From NCBI RefSeq assembly GCF_001194135.2, contig NC_068982.1, positions 148,175,523 to 148,239,522 of the forward strand: a stretch of 64,000 nt of DNA. The letters run 5' to 3'. The notes under the pieces are model-generated. The model worked only from the letters and a program-made list of their open reading frames with translations. It had not been told where the DNA came from and did not search any database. The translations under genes and the position numbers were made by a program. Shown here piece after piece: positions 25,729 to 38,410 of the stretch. Source of the stretch: Octopus bimaculoides. Taxonomy: Eukaryota. Every line of letters starts with the position of its first letter. Positions within the stretch are counted from its first letter, which is position 1.

Positions 25729-26626
25729 ATGTATTTTGATCAATAAGTATCCGGACTGTTGCTATAGTAACAAGGCTAAAGCACAGAGAGTAAAGCTGCT
25801 TAGCAAAAATTGACCGTGAACTCTGCTGTACATGCGCACTAAGTTTTAACGTTTTAGTTCACTTCTGCTGTTTACAGAAGTGCTTGGAAACAAAGTGTGT
25901 ACCATGTGATCGTCGCATTGAGCATGACAGAGAAAGTTGAGCAAAGAATTTACATCAAATTTTGTCAAAATCTTGGCGATACCTGTTCAGAGGCCTACAC
26001 AAAGTTTTCAAAACGTTCTCATCGTTCTACACACAATCAAGAAGATATTGCGCAACTGAAACCCGAATGTGCTTTTGTTCAACTGAAAGCAGTTTTGGCA
26101 CAAACTTGGCAGACACGCATCTCATACCCAAATCTTCAGGGATAATGGACTGGACTGAACCATAACTAATCTGCACATCCTCTGATAACTCACGGATGGT
26201 GATTCGACGATTTTCCCTCACAGCTACACACAGTTCTGCGATGTTTTTCTCAGTTGTGCTGGTTGCTGGTCTCCCAGGACGTTCGTTAATAACGATATTT
26301 TTTCGGCCATCTTGGAAATGTCTGAACCACTCGTACACTTGTGTGCTACTTATTCACTCCCCTTCATACACTTTCTGCAACCTTGCGTAAGCCTCTGAGC
26401 ATGTATCGGCATGACAACTTTCCCTGTCATGGTCAATGTGACGATCAAATGCTACACACCTTCCTTCCAAGCACTGCTTCAAACAGTGGAAGTGAGCTAG
26501 AACGTTAAGACTTAGTGTGCGTGCACAGCAGAGTTCAAGTTCAATCTGTGCCAAGTGGGTTTACTCTGCGTACTTTAGCTTTGTTACTATGTCAACAGTC
26601 CAGATACTTATTGATCAGACCTTGTA
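25729..26626. mobile_element. Palindromic mariner derivative made of two inverted 5' halves
   Basis: TIR tgatcaataagtatccggactg / cagtccagatacttattgatca. Transposase N-terminus on + (MTEKVEQRIYIKFC) and on - (YEWFRHFQDGRK...RITIRELSE). Confidence 0.8.
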
Positions 26627-26877
26627 TGTGTAAAACATAAAATTTTTGATGCACTGATAAATTCTCAGATAAATTAAACGGTCAATTTGTTTATACGAAT
26701 TAAAGATATAAATAAATAAACAATATAATTTATTTTTCAGCGTGTGCCGGGAATACTTTAAGAAACCATTAAACAGTTTGCTCAACCTTAACGTAAGAGA
26801 CATTCAGTTGCTTGCATTTTACAAATAATGACGTTATAATGATTATATTTTCTTTATTATTTCTTGTCTATATATCT

Positions 26878-27192
26878 ATGGTGGAGGCGCAATGGCCCAG
26901 TGGTTAGGGCAGCGGACTCGCGGTCATAGGATCGCGGTTTCGATTCTCAGACCGGGCGTTGTGAGTGTTTATTGAGCGAAAACACTTAACGCTCCACGAG
27001 GTTCTGGCAGGGGATGGTGGCGAACCCTGCTGTACTCTTCCACCACAACTTTCTCTCACACTTTCTTCTTGTTTCTGTTGTACCTGTATTTCAAAGGGCC
27101 AGCCTTATCACTGTGTCACGCTGAATATCCCCGAGAAGTACGTTAAGTGTACACGTGTCTGTGGAGTGCTCAGCCACTTTCACGTTAATTTC
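26878..27192 (+). mobile_element. tRNA-derived SINE running into an assembly gap
   Basis: ggaggcgcaatggcccagtggttagggcagcggactcgcgg...ggtttcgattc head. Confidence 0.75.
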
Positions 27193-27918
27193 NNNNNNNN
27201 NNNNNNNNNNNNNNNNNNNNNNNNNNNNNNNNNNNNNNNNNNNNNNNNNNNNNNNNNNNNNNNNNNNNNNNNNNNNNNNNNNNNNNNNNNNNNNNNNNNN
27301 NNNNNNNNNNNNNNNNNNNNNNNNNNNNNNNNNNNNNNNNNNNNNNNNNNNNNNNNNNNNNNNNNNNNNNNNNNNNNNNNNNNNNNNNNNNNNNNNNNNN
27401 NNNNNNNNNNNNNNNNNNNNNNNNNNNNNNNNNNNNNNNNNNNNNNNNNNNNNNNNNNNNNNNNNNNNNNNNNNNNNNNNNNNNNNNNNNNNNNNNNNNN
27501 NNNNNNNNNNNNNNNNNNNNNNNNNNNNNNNNNNNNNNNNNNNNNNNNNNNNNNNNNNNNNNNNNNNNNNNNNNNNNNNNNNNNNNNNNNNNNNNNNNNN
27601 NNNNNNNNNNNNNNNNNNNNNNNNNNNNNNNNNNNNNNNNNNNNNNNNNNNNNNNNNNNNNNNNNNNNNNNNNNNNNNNNNNNNNNNNNNNNNNNNNNNN
27701 NNNNNNNNNNNNNNNNNNNNNNNNNNNNNNNNNNNNNNNNNNNNNNNNNNNNNNNNNNNNNNNNNNNNNNNNNNNNNNNNNNNNNNNNNNNNNNNNNNNN
27801 NNNNNNNNNNNNNNNNNNNNNNNNNNNNNNNNNNNNNNNNNNNNNNNNNNNNNNNNNNNNNNNNNNNNNNNNNNNNNNNNNNNNNNNNNNNNNNNNNNNN
27901 NNNNNNNNNNNNNNNNNN
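27193..27918. other. Assembly gap inside the last intron of gene 2
   Basis: Run of N; it could hide a further module exon. Confidence 0.95.
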
Positions 27919-28155
27919 GTCTTTATAAGAATTTATCAAGTAGCTAGCGTGAAAAAACCTCATAAGGGAAAAATCCATAATTTATTCCCTAAAATAAATT
28001 TATTTATATAAGGGCATTACATGAATGCCCCACGCTAAGAGGGACTCTAGGGTCAAAATACTATAATAAACACATTTATATATATATAACAAGTTTAATG
28101 AATATTGCTTAATTTTCTATTGGCATATCGACTGAGCATATGAATTTAAGCTTAC

Positions 28156-28275
28156 CGGCTGCTTCAGTGTAATGTCCAAATCCTTTCCCCATTCTGTCAC
28201 AAACACTCACAATACATCCATCTTCAGACTTTATTCTCGTTCCAGCTTCCTGACAACTACCGTTTATTCTGCAAC
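28156..28275 (-). CDS. Gene 2 module exon 5: GCRINGSCQEAGTRIKSEDGCIVSVCDRMGKGFGHYTEAA(G)
   Basis: ttttttcacttcaag|GT TGC ... GCC G|gtaagc; 120 bp, phase 1-1, 4 Cys. Confidence 0.9.
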
Positions 28276-29187
28276 CTTGAAGTGAAAAAACAAATTTGTT
28301 TCGTTGCATCAGTACCTGTATCTATGAAATGTATATTCAATTATTTCGACTAAATCACATTGTGTATTGTCAGTGTATTAAAACTATAAAATATTAACTA
28401 AACCTTCAAATATCAATCGTAGCATAAAACTTACATGTCGTATCGAAAGTAAGTTTGTTTTAATATATCGTTTCCTTACACATAATGAAAGTAAAAGTAA
28501 TACATTGACTTACAACTGTTTATAATATTGCATGAATAATTTGATTGAGCATTTTATTCAAAAGTTAGATTTTCTTATATATTTTAAATAGAAGTATCTC
28601 ATCAGGGCGCTTTATATGTTAGTACCATGTCATAGCAGTACTCTATTTGACAATGTGCACTATCACTTGAAATATAATGTAGGATATGTATTTTTAAAAA
28701 CATATTTTAATCTTGTTGTGAAAAGAATTCAAACTGAGCCATAGAGCCGAATTGTTACTAGTCACTGCCCTTTCTTTGTTGTATCGTTATTTAGCAGAAT
28801 TAGCATTTAAGAATGACCATTATAAATTGTGTTCATAATTTCTAACTGATCAAAATCAGATATCCTCAAAATAAATCAGATTATTGTAGGAGATTTTAGT
28901 ATATGAATCTGGCTATTTCTATTTTAGCGGAGACGTATTTGTTACCCCGAGAAAGTTTTTACGTATTATGTATTTTGAATGGTTAAGGCAAAGTACGATA
29001 GTTATGCCAAATTAAATTCTAAACGTTTTATAATTATTGAGTGAAATATATATCACGAAATAACATTCCGTTTTCAATATGAAATTGATTTTTGTTGGTG
29101 TATAACCTGTAATATTTTGTAGTTCATAAAATACATACCTGAGTATCTTATATAAGGGACATTTTATAAAAAGATTTACAAACTTAC

Positions 29188-29307
29188 CAGTGCGGTTAGT
29201 GTAAACTTGATATCCATTGTGGTCCATTTTACAAATTCTTACAGCACAAAGATTTTCTGAATATACTTTCTCTCCAACCTTCCGACAAGCACCGTCTATT
29301 AAACAAC
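29188..29307 (-). CDS. Gene 2 module exon 4: GCLIDGACRKVGEKVYSENLCAVRICKMDHNGYQVYTNRT(G)
   Basis: tttttttacatcaag|GT TGT ... ACT G|gtaagt; 120 bp, phase 1-1, 4 Cys. Confidence 0.9.
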
Positions 29308-30889
29308 CTTGATGTAAAAAAACAAATAGTTTTCTTTTATTTCAAGAAATGTGGATTGCCTCTTGTCAATATATTTATACCTAAGCAATATTAACAACTC
29401 TTCCAAAAACGAGTATTCCTTAAAGATTTTGTCACATTTCAAATATAATGCGTTAGTCAATAAAGTCATTCTACTAATTGTGATACTAAATATGCAAGGC
29501 ATTTTGCTAATGTTTAATGAAGGCAGAGGCAAAAGGATTTATTTATAGCTAATTAGAGATTGTTACATGATTAATTAAATAAACTATGGTATTCAAAATC
29601 AATTTTCTAATATACATCTTTGCTGAAAACGTCATATCAGAATTCTTTATGCGTTTGCAATGCGTCATAGTGTAATATAATTTGGAATATATTATATGAT
29701 ATACATTTTCAGATACCTATTTTAGTTTCCAAGTGAAAAGAAAATCAAGAAATTGCAGTATACAATTTTGTTTCACATTTTATCTCTCCCTAGTCAGAAG
29801 ATATGGTATCAATATGACTAATTTTAATGATTACTCAGTGGTTACTTAATGAGTACTTTATAATTGCTTAAAACTTACCTAAAAATGAAAACACATAATG
29901 AGTTCATAGGAATATTTATAAAATGTGCAGAAACAAGTCTTAAACCTAGCTGCTGAGTCAAATTTCAAACGCTGGCAACGTGTAATGATTCGTTTATTCC
30001 TAAGACAGTACACAGTGTTGGCGGGTAGATTGAATTATAATGTGTGATACACTTTTTTTGTTAAATATACAATGATATACCCGTTCAGGCAATCAAACAA
30101 ATCTGATCGATCAGATTAATTTCTACTACAGTCTCTTAGATCGAAACCCCCTACTCTCCAATCGAAACTCAAGATGTAAGAACAATTCTATGTGAATCTC
30201 GATCTTGAACAATGCAGATTATCATAAAATTAATTACAATATTACACTCGAAATTAATTCAAAGAAATGATTTAGATAGAAGATTCAGATTAAGCATCTT
30301 ATAGTAATTACTATCGTCACTTTGCGCTTAAACTTCAAATCGAGCTGGAACTATTGTGATTACCCTGACAAACAAGTCTACAATATATTTATCAATGATC
30401 CAAGTTTTGATTCCGTCGTTTATAAATTGTCTCTTGAAAAAAATAAATTCGATGATTATCACATTTCTATTGTCTAAAATATTTGATGTCTTTCACATTT
30501 CCATTTGCCAAAATATATTCTTCTGAAATAGTGTTTTTCCAAACTTCTGACAAAAATAATATAATAGTGTTGTTGTTAATTAAAACTAAAGATACACTGA
30601 GGTTTAAAGAATGATTAGTAGTGATCATGACACGCGCTTTTTATTTTCATCCATTCAACGATCCCCTTCACCGATTTATTAATAGAGAAGACAATACATA
30701 CAATATTACAACATTCAATTTGTGCATTTCAACCTCAATACATGCGTATTGTTATTATAACAAAATTATTCAAGGAAAGCGTTTTTGAAATTAATAGATA
30801 TTGTTAAGACATTTATACTTGTTATTTTAATTTAAATATTGAATGCAGTTGAACATTTTCAACAACAAGTATCAATATCTGAAACTTAC

Positions 30890-31012
30890 CGTCAAGTTTT
30901 CCTCGCCATCCAATATACGATGGATACATATGTGTGCAAAGTATAGAATAACAAGGGTCCCTTGTTTGTATTTTCGTGCCAACACTGTGACATATACGAT
31001 TTAGTAAACAAC
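30890..31012 (-). CDS. Gene 2 module exon 3: GCLLNRICHSVGTKIQTRDPCYSILCTHMYPSYIGWRGKLD(G)
   Basis: ttcttgtttgtag|GT TGT ... GAC G|gtaagt; 123 bp, phase 1-1, 4 Cys. Confidence 0.9.
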
Positions 31013-33034
31013 CTACAAACAAGAAAATAATTACGATAAATGTAGGAGAAACTTCTCAGTTATGTCAAGGTATTGTCTCCATAAGAAGACTAAGATATTT
31101 ACTCAGGTATGCACAGAGCAAAATTTCAGTGATGTTTACTTCATACATACATACATACATACATACATACATGTGTGTATGAGTGTGTATTAATGACCTA
31201 TGACATTGCTAACTGGATGGCTTCTCATAAATTATCCCAGGTATCGAAACTATAATGATGTTAAATAAAGTATAGGAATAAATATATCCCGAGTCTAGTT
31301 TTCTGGCTTATTACATATATTACAGCAATTATAATCTTATTTCATGTCAAACTATATAGAAAAATACAATCAGTTTGATAATTCCAGTACAATTTAATCA
31401 TTTGAAATAAATGTTGTTTCATTATATGGTCAAATTCATTGAAAAAAACGTGAAAATTTGATATAAACCACCCTAATGGTTATACATCTAATCATAATGT
31501 AATGCAATTTACAGTATTTAATTGCAGACGTTTCTCCAAGAAAATGTCTTTAAAAAATCAATCTGTGTCCTGCGTGCGAATTTGTGCCCATATTACATGA
31601 TTTAATTAACTAAAAGCATTTTTCCTGAATATGCACTGCTGAAATTGAGGTGCGACTAATATTCCTGAGCGTCTTTTACGCCATCAAATCTCTAAGAAAA
31701 CGAAAATCCTTGATAATTGTCAAAATATTCCTATTTCAAGATATAGAGAAGTTTTGCGATATTTGCAAAGCACATCAAATCTGTGTACAAATAAAGCAAT
31801 TAAACTACATTATACTTATTTCTATTATATTTGCCCAATATTCGAGTGGCTTTTTCAAAAAGTTTGCTACCTTATTGGTACCTCTTAAACTTACGTTATG
31901 TTAGCTTATGATATTTTAACAGAAGACTGGTGACTAATTATTTGCATCGAAGTTCTTCATCAATGTTCCACAATGAAAGAATAGTATAGACATGTATATA
32001 CATAACGCTATCTGTAGCAAAGTATTTCAGCATTAAACAATATTGTACATAAAATATCCTATGTATTATCAGTGAGTTACAATTAAATTATGGCGGAAAT
32101 CACCTGGCTCATAATAGCATTGAGTTATTATCGCCCATGCAAGCTTGGGTATATTGTATCAGTATGTTCTTATTTATGTATCTACACATTTTTTTATAAT
32201 GAAAACGCTTTATCATTCTTCATCAGAATTTATTTCTAAATAAATAATTGTTGAATTTAATCATACGTTTAAATCAGAAAATTCTGTTAGGAATCTAATA
32301 ACATCTGATTAAATTCACCTAAAATAAAAGGATTTTTTATTACTATTTAAGTAAGAGTATTGGAAAAATTCTTCATGGTAATCAATTATTAGTTACGGAT
32401 ATTACTTTCTTATTTTAAAAAAATATCGAAGCCAATTTAACATTTCGTTTCGTCGGAACCGATAAAATACATTATAGTCAAGCACTGAGTTCGTTTTAAT
32501 CAACTCTGCACGTCTTTATCTAGCTTATTGCATCATCTTTCATTTGTCGGAATAAATCACAACAGGAAGAGTAGTACTTAAAACACATTTAATCTAAATA
32601 CAAGAAACTGGCAACGTAAGAAAATTCATATGTATTACATTTCTGATAAATGTTGTGAATGTCAAAAGAAAATATTGAATCCCATACGTTACGTTAATAA
32701 AATAGAAAATAAAGTTTTATTTTAGAGAAGTATCACTATAAATGTATACATTTCACTTACTGCATATTGGTATTGTTGTTTAACTACTGGCAAACACTAA
32801 TCGAACATAATTATGATTAACGATATTGCAGTCCTTCATTTTTTATAAAATTGTAGTGTAGTTTTATTGAGGTATATCTGCCATTTCTACCTGGTTGAGC
32901 GAACGCACTACGTATTTTTGTCCCTAATTAGCTACGTATTTTATTGCTACGACGGTACTGAATAATAGATTTTACTCATATTTAATTATTCAATTATTAA
33001 ATTTTCAATAGAGTAAAAGAATATTTTAACCTAC

Positions 33035-33157
33035 CAGTATATGTCGCTCTCCACACATATCTTCCGTATGGGGTACGCATGCAGGTATGGTACATACATC
33101 TGCCTCTTTCTGTAATTCTCTGTCCTTCTTTATAACAAACACCATCCCGGTAACATC
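33035..33157 (-). CDS. Gene 2 module exon 2: GCYRDGVCYKEGQRITERGRCMYHTCMRTPYGRYVWRATYT(G)
   Basis: cgcaacttctag|GA TGT ... ACT G|gtaggt; 123 bp, phase 1-1, 4 Cys. Confidence 0.9.
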
Positions 33158-33417
33158 CTAGAAGTTGCGAATATACACAATTTGTTATTTTCAAAACTAT
33201 AGGTCAGGAAGAATAGAATTCTTTTCGAAAATAGCCCATATGCAATTCATGCAATTTCATTTACATCTAATTAAGATAGAAATACTTGTCTTGTTTTAAT
33301 GACAATGACCCAGCATAACCACACCAACGCCTTAAAATAAATCAAAGGGAGATTGAAATTCGCATCCATTAGGCAGCGTGTAGGTCGCACTCATCACATG
33401 TGCACAAAACTCCATAC

Positions 33418-33458
<41 letters not shown>

Positions 33459-33720
33459 TTTCATATACGTACATATAGAAATGTTGAGACTGAAAACCAT
33501 CCACTGCTGCAATGTGTAAAAACGAAGGGAAAATCATTTGAAAAAATGTGATATTTAATTTTATCATTAAATCTTAGCCTACTATAAATTGTATAGACCA
33601 ATTTCTAGTTAACTCAAGAAAATGTTCATAACACTACATGCAGTTTACAAAAAAAAAAAAAAGAATCGAGAGAACTTAGTTCAATGTTCCGACTGATTCT
33701 GAGATGCACTACCTCCTACA

Positions 33721-35036
33721 TACAAGATGGAACATAACGATCTCCCACATTTAAAGTGGGCACTGTGCAGGCTGTAATGGCGGTACAAAGGTGTCGGACT
33801 CATTCGGTAGGCTAGGCTCTACAATTTTCATTCTTTTTCATCAATTATTTTAGCAATTTCTCTATCAATGATCATAACCTTTTCCTAATCACTTTCAGAA
33901 GGCATCACGTGTTGAACTGGTGAACATCATGGCTTTGTTGTTCAAGTGTATTTGAAAGCAACCGATCTGTAACAGTGACGCAACGAGCATTCCGCAGACG
34001 ATCGATAAACGATTTTGCTTTGGATTTCTAATCTTCAGGCAAGTGGACCCACACTGAAAAGAAAGTCACCTGGCAGACCCAGGACCGTTAGAACTCCAGA
34101 AAATGTAACAGCATTAAGAGCATCCATTCAACAATCACCAAAGTGTTCCGCTCGTAAGTATAGCATAGCACTAGGGATATCAAGTCGGAGTCTGAGGAGG
34201 ATTCTGCATGCCGGTCTGAAACTGCATTATTACAAAATGATGTTGGTTCAAGAATTAACTGAGGCAGATCATATCAACCACAGAGCCGTATTTGTGAATA
34301 TTCTTGCAAAAGTTCCAACTGTAACTGTTCCTCTGAGTACCGATGTTACTTACTTCCATACCAATGGGATCAACATACTCCTCATGGACTCCACCAACGA
34401 CCGCGTCACTCTCCTTGCGTAACTGTTTGGTGTGCAGTGGCCGACTTTGATGTGATCGGCCTGTGCTTTTTTGAAGGTGGGGAAACAATAACTGTTACTT
34501 CCGGCCGATACATTAAAATGTTGGAGGCTTTTCTGCACCCTAAACTGGGCGATTTGGATAAGAACATGTGTGGTTTCAACAGGACAGGGCCACGGTTCAC
34601 GCAGCCAGACGTTTGTTCGGAGTGTTGAAGGAAATGCTTCCTGGTCGTTTTATCTCTTTAAGTGGGTACGTGGGGTTGCCGGCAAGTCCACCAGATTTAA
34701 GCCTTTGTGAGTTTTCCATTTGGGGATACCTAAAGGAAAAGGCTTTCTGACATCGTCCTCGTACTCTTAAAGATTCGAAGGAAAGAGTCAGAGGAAATCG
34801 ACGTATTTCAACCTGAGATGAGGCGGAGATTCATGCAGAACTTCTGTGAACGACTCCATTAATATATTGCCAACAAAGGCTGCTATTTGTTTAGTATAAT
34901 TTTTAAACCCCTCTAAAACAAAACTATATTTTATTTGCTTTTAGAACTATAACCAGCTTTCTTCTGAATAGTTGTGTTCTTTTTTTTTATATATATTTCC
35001 ATTCAAAATGTGGGATATATTTATGTCCACCCTGTA
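33721..35036 (+). mobile_element. Near full-length decayed maT/DD37D-like transposon in an intron of gene 2
   Basis: Ends tacaagatggaacata...cccacatt / aatgtggga...tatgtccaccctgta. Motifs PGRPRTVRTPENV, WFQQDRATVH and SPPDLSLCEFSIWGYLK, with frameshifts. Confidence 0.85.
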
Positions 35037-35380
35037 TAGCACGTTATTTAAATAATGAATATTGCTTTCAAATGTTGGCACGAAGCCAGCAGTTTTGGTG
35101 GAGGATTAAGTCGATTCCATCGACTCCAATGTTTAAGAGGTGCTTATCTTATCGACGCAGTCGACATCAGCGCAAGTTGAACTCAAAACGTTCAGACGGA
35201 CGAGACGCCGCTAAGAATTTTCCCCTAGTATAATAACGATTCTACCAGCTTACAAGCTTACATCTAAAGGATGACTATTGCTTGTAATATTTATTTTCTT
35301 GATATATTAATGTATTGTTGCAAGTTCTGGCATGCGTTTTATAATATAGTTTTTGGAAGATAAAGTCCGTACAAACCTAC

Positions 35381-35500
35381 CGGTTACTTTATGTCGCACG
35401 TAACATCCATGTCCTCTTCTTTCAGAAATATAAGTCATACAGAATGGAGTTGCTTCTACTTTTCTTCCATATTTCACACAAACGCCACGTATCAAGCAAC
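35381..35500 (-). CDS. Gene 2 module exon 1 (type A): GCLIRGVCVKYGRKVEATPFCMTYISERRGHGCYVRHKVT(G)
   Basis: tctttcaactcatag|GT TGC ... ACC G|gtaggt; 120 bp; counterpart of 845-964. Confidence 0.9.
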
Positions 35501-35582
35501 CTATGAGTTGAAAGAAAATTAATACATTTTGTTTATATCAGAAACTCTTTATGAAATACATCATTATATTTAAAACACTACA

Positions 35583-35725
35583 AATGGTTGAAGCTTTTCA
35601 TGTGATGCAAACTTACTAAGTTTAAAGTTGATATTGAAACAAGAATCATCACTGAAGGTGACACTCATCTTTCTACATATGGTTATTGATATTAACTCAT
35701 TTAATATAAATTAACAATGAGTATA

Positions 35726-35770
<45 letters not shown>

Positions 35771-35865
35771 AGTAGAAAGATGACCGTCACCTTCAGTCAC
35801 AATTCTTCTTTCAATACCAGCTTTAAACTTAGTAAGTTTGTGTCACATGAAAAGCTTCAACCATT
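35583..35865. repeat. Inverted repeat (about 94-bp arms) around a (TA)n core
   Basis: aatggttgaagcttttcatgtg...catctttctac is mirrored by gtagaaagatg...cacatgaaaagcttcaaccatt. Confidence 0.85.
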
Positions 35866-36354
35866 TCTCAGGCCTACATGGTTGAGTGTTAAATTATATT
35901 TACTCCACACACACACACACACACACACCTTCGCTCATGTGTGAGCCAGTTATATATTTACTTGTATGTGTGTGTGTGTGCGTGTATAATTACACACACA
36001 CACACACATTTATCATTGTATTTTGTACGTCTGTATAGTATACAATAGTACATTATCCATTCAAAAATAATAATTACACAAATGTTCATATGTTCCAAAC
36101 AGCACAGACGAAGTCGAAGTATAAAAGTTTCGAACAGCACCTAGCACTTTCTTCAATATAATATCACAAATTGTTAATCTCTAATTTTGCTAGGTCTCAT
36201 TATCTGTTCATTTACATTTAATCATACAATCGTTGATGCTGTCATGGTTTATAGGGTATAGATTATAGATATAATTTCTTCCAGAGTAAAAGAGAGCCAA
36301 ATATGTAGCAAAATAAAGAAATATGATGAAGACTAAATATGTTAAAATATTTAC

Positions 36355-36417
36355 CTTCCTCTAAGATATAATATTTCGATCCAAGAGGTATTTTCTGCTG
36401 ACACGGTTTTGTTATCC
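36355..36417 (-). CDS. Gene 2 short one-Cys exon (type B): (G)ITKPCQQKIPLGSKYYILEE(G)
   Basis: tacatttttgcag|GG ATA ... GAA G|gtaaat; 63 bp, phase 1-1; paralog of 6376-6435. Confidence 0.85.
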
Positions 36418-36888
36418 CTGCAAAAATGTAAATATAACTTGTGTTATAAAAATATAACACTAGTTCTCGTTATATTCTTTCTGCTATAGACACAATGCCT
36501 GACATTTTCTGGTAGGTGGCTCGTTGATTATATCTACCTCGGAACTTATCTCGTGCTCATTTTATCGAGCCCGAAAGGATGGAAAACAAACATGATTTCG
36601 ACGAGATTTGAAAATAATGTAAATATCCAGAAGAATTTATTCCGGTATTGATAACTCTAGTACAGTGTAGAGGTGTTGACATAATCTTTGACAGAACAGT
36701 GATCCGATATTAAAATGAAATATTAATTTCGAATGAGCTCCTGCAAAATTTCTATATTATGCGAGTATAAATATGGATTTGTGGTGTTTAACTACGCACA
36801 TCATTATTTGAATTACAGGTGAAATTAATTCAAATATTCAAGGCAAAATCAAGGGGAAAATTGTCACGCTAGAGCTGATATTCTCTGA

Positions 36889-36943
<55 letters not shown>

Positions 36944-36956
36944 AGAAATATATATA

Positions 36957-36995
<39 letters not shown>

Positions 36996-38349
36996 GTGTA
37001 TGTATATGTGTGTATGTGTATCTGTGTGTGTATGAGCAATGAAAGCACACTGTTGACAATTCCCAGATGAGACTGTGCAGTCCAATGTTCTAGCTTTGCT
37101 TTGTTCATGGGGCAGTTATCTACCCTGTCAGTTTATATGAATGTGCTTTTTCGCAACTATAAGTAGTTTAACTCTTGCTTCTAGCAATATATGTGCTTTA
37201 CAGTACGTTGCATCAGTGCATTGTTCATCTTTTTGTAGCAGTTTGTAGATGAAACTTATTAGTATCTAGTTTGTACATCCAATGCATTGGAGGAGATATT
37301 TTCAGCAGGCACCATTCAGCACTCTCACACATACACTTACGCAAGCTTTCTTATGCACATACACCATTTTTTTTTGTTTGTTTGTGATAAACTCTTTAAA
37401 TTTCCCATACTATTATAGAGTAACTGGACGATTACATCATCTTAAAGCATACATTCTATTTTGGGTTGAAGGTGGCGAGCTGGCAGAAACGTAAGCACGC
37501 CGGACGAAATGCCTATCGGTATTTCGTCTGTTTTTACGTTCTGAGTTCAAATTCCGCCGAGGTCGACTTTGCCTTTCATCCTTTCAGGGTCAATAAATTA
37601 AGTACCCCTCCCCAAAAATTTCGGGCGTTGTGCCTAGAGTAGAAAAGAATATCCTGACATTTGCAGTATACATAATATCATGATTGACAATAATTTAATG
37701 ATATGGTAAAGTATTAGAAATTAGAAGAGTTCTGAAGCTAGTTACAGGTTAAAGAGAATTTAAATGTTCAAAAAGAGACAACTAGAAAGATGAATCCCAT
37801 TTCCCTCAAAAAGAGAAAAAAAACCATCTTATTTACTTAGAGATCAAGTAACATATTTCCTCAGCATTTTCTGGGTTTCACTATTTCAAAGTTAATGTAA
37901 GAAGGTGAGTTGGTAAGGCGGTGAGCTGGCAGAAACGTTAGCACGCCGGGCGAAATGCTTAGTGGTATTTCGTCTACCGCTAAGTTCTGAGTTCAAATTC
38001 CGACGAGGTCAACTTTGCCTTTCATATTTTCAGGGTCGATAAATAAAGTACCAGTTACGCACTGAGATCGTTGTAATCGACTTAATCCCTTTGTCTGTCC
38101 TTTCTTTTTCCCCTCTATGTGGGCAATAAAGAAATAAGAAACGTTATTAGCATTTTTCCCGTCTTTGTGAGTTCAAATGCTTTCCCTTTCAGGGTTGTTA
38201 AAATAAGTACTATCTGGTCATTGGGGTCTATATAATTGACTTGCTCCTCTCCCGAAATTGCTGGCCTCCAACAAAATTTGAAAACAATGACACTCTTCAT
38301 AGATTAATGCTATTATGGAGGAATACATAGCAGGCTAGACGTTACTCAC

Positions 38350-38410
38350 CTTGCGAAGTTGCTTGTTTGTACGTTATACAAAAACTGATTAAAAGCAGAA
38401 AATATCTCAT
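38350..38410 (-). CDS. Gene 2 signal-peptide exon: MRYFLLLISFCITYKQATSQ(G)
   Basis: aattgtttcag|GAAAAAT ATG ... CAA G|gtgagt; 61 coding nt. Confidence 0.9.

Noticed and set aside
31930-32060. catag|GA TAT TTT... with a downstream LCIYMS stretch
   Set aside because: Early stops and no donor; similarity is within chance for AT-rich DNA.
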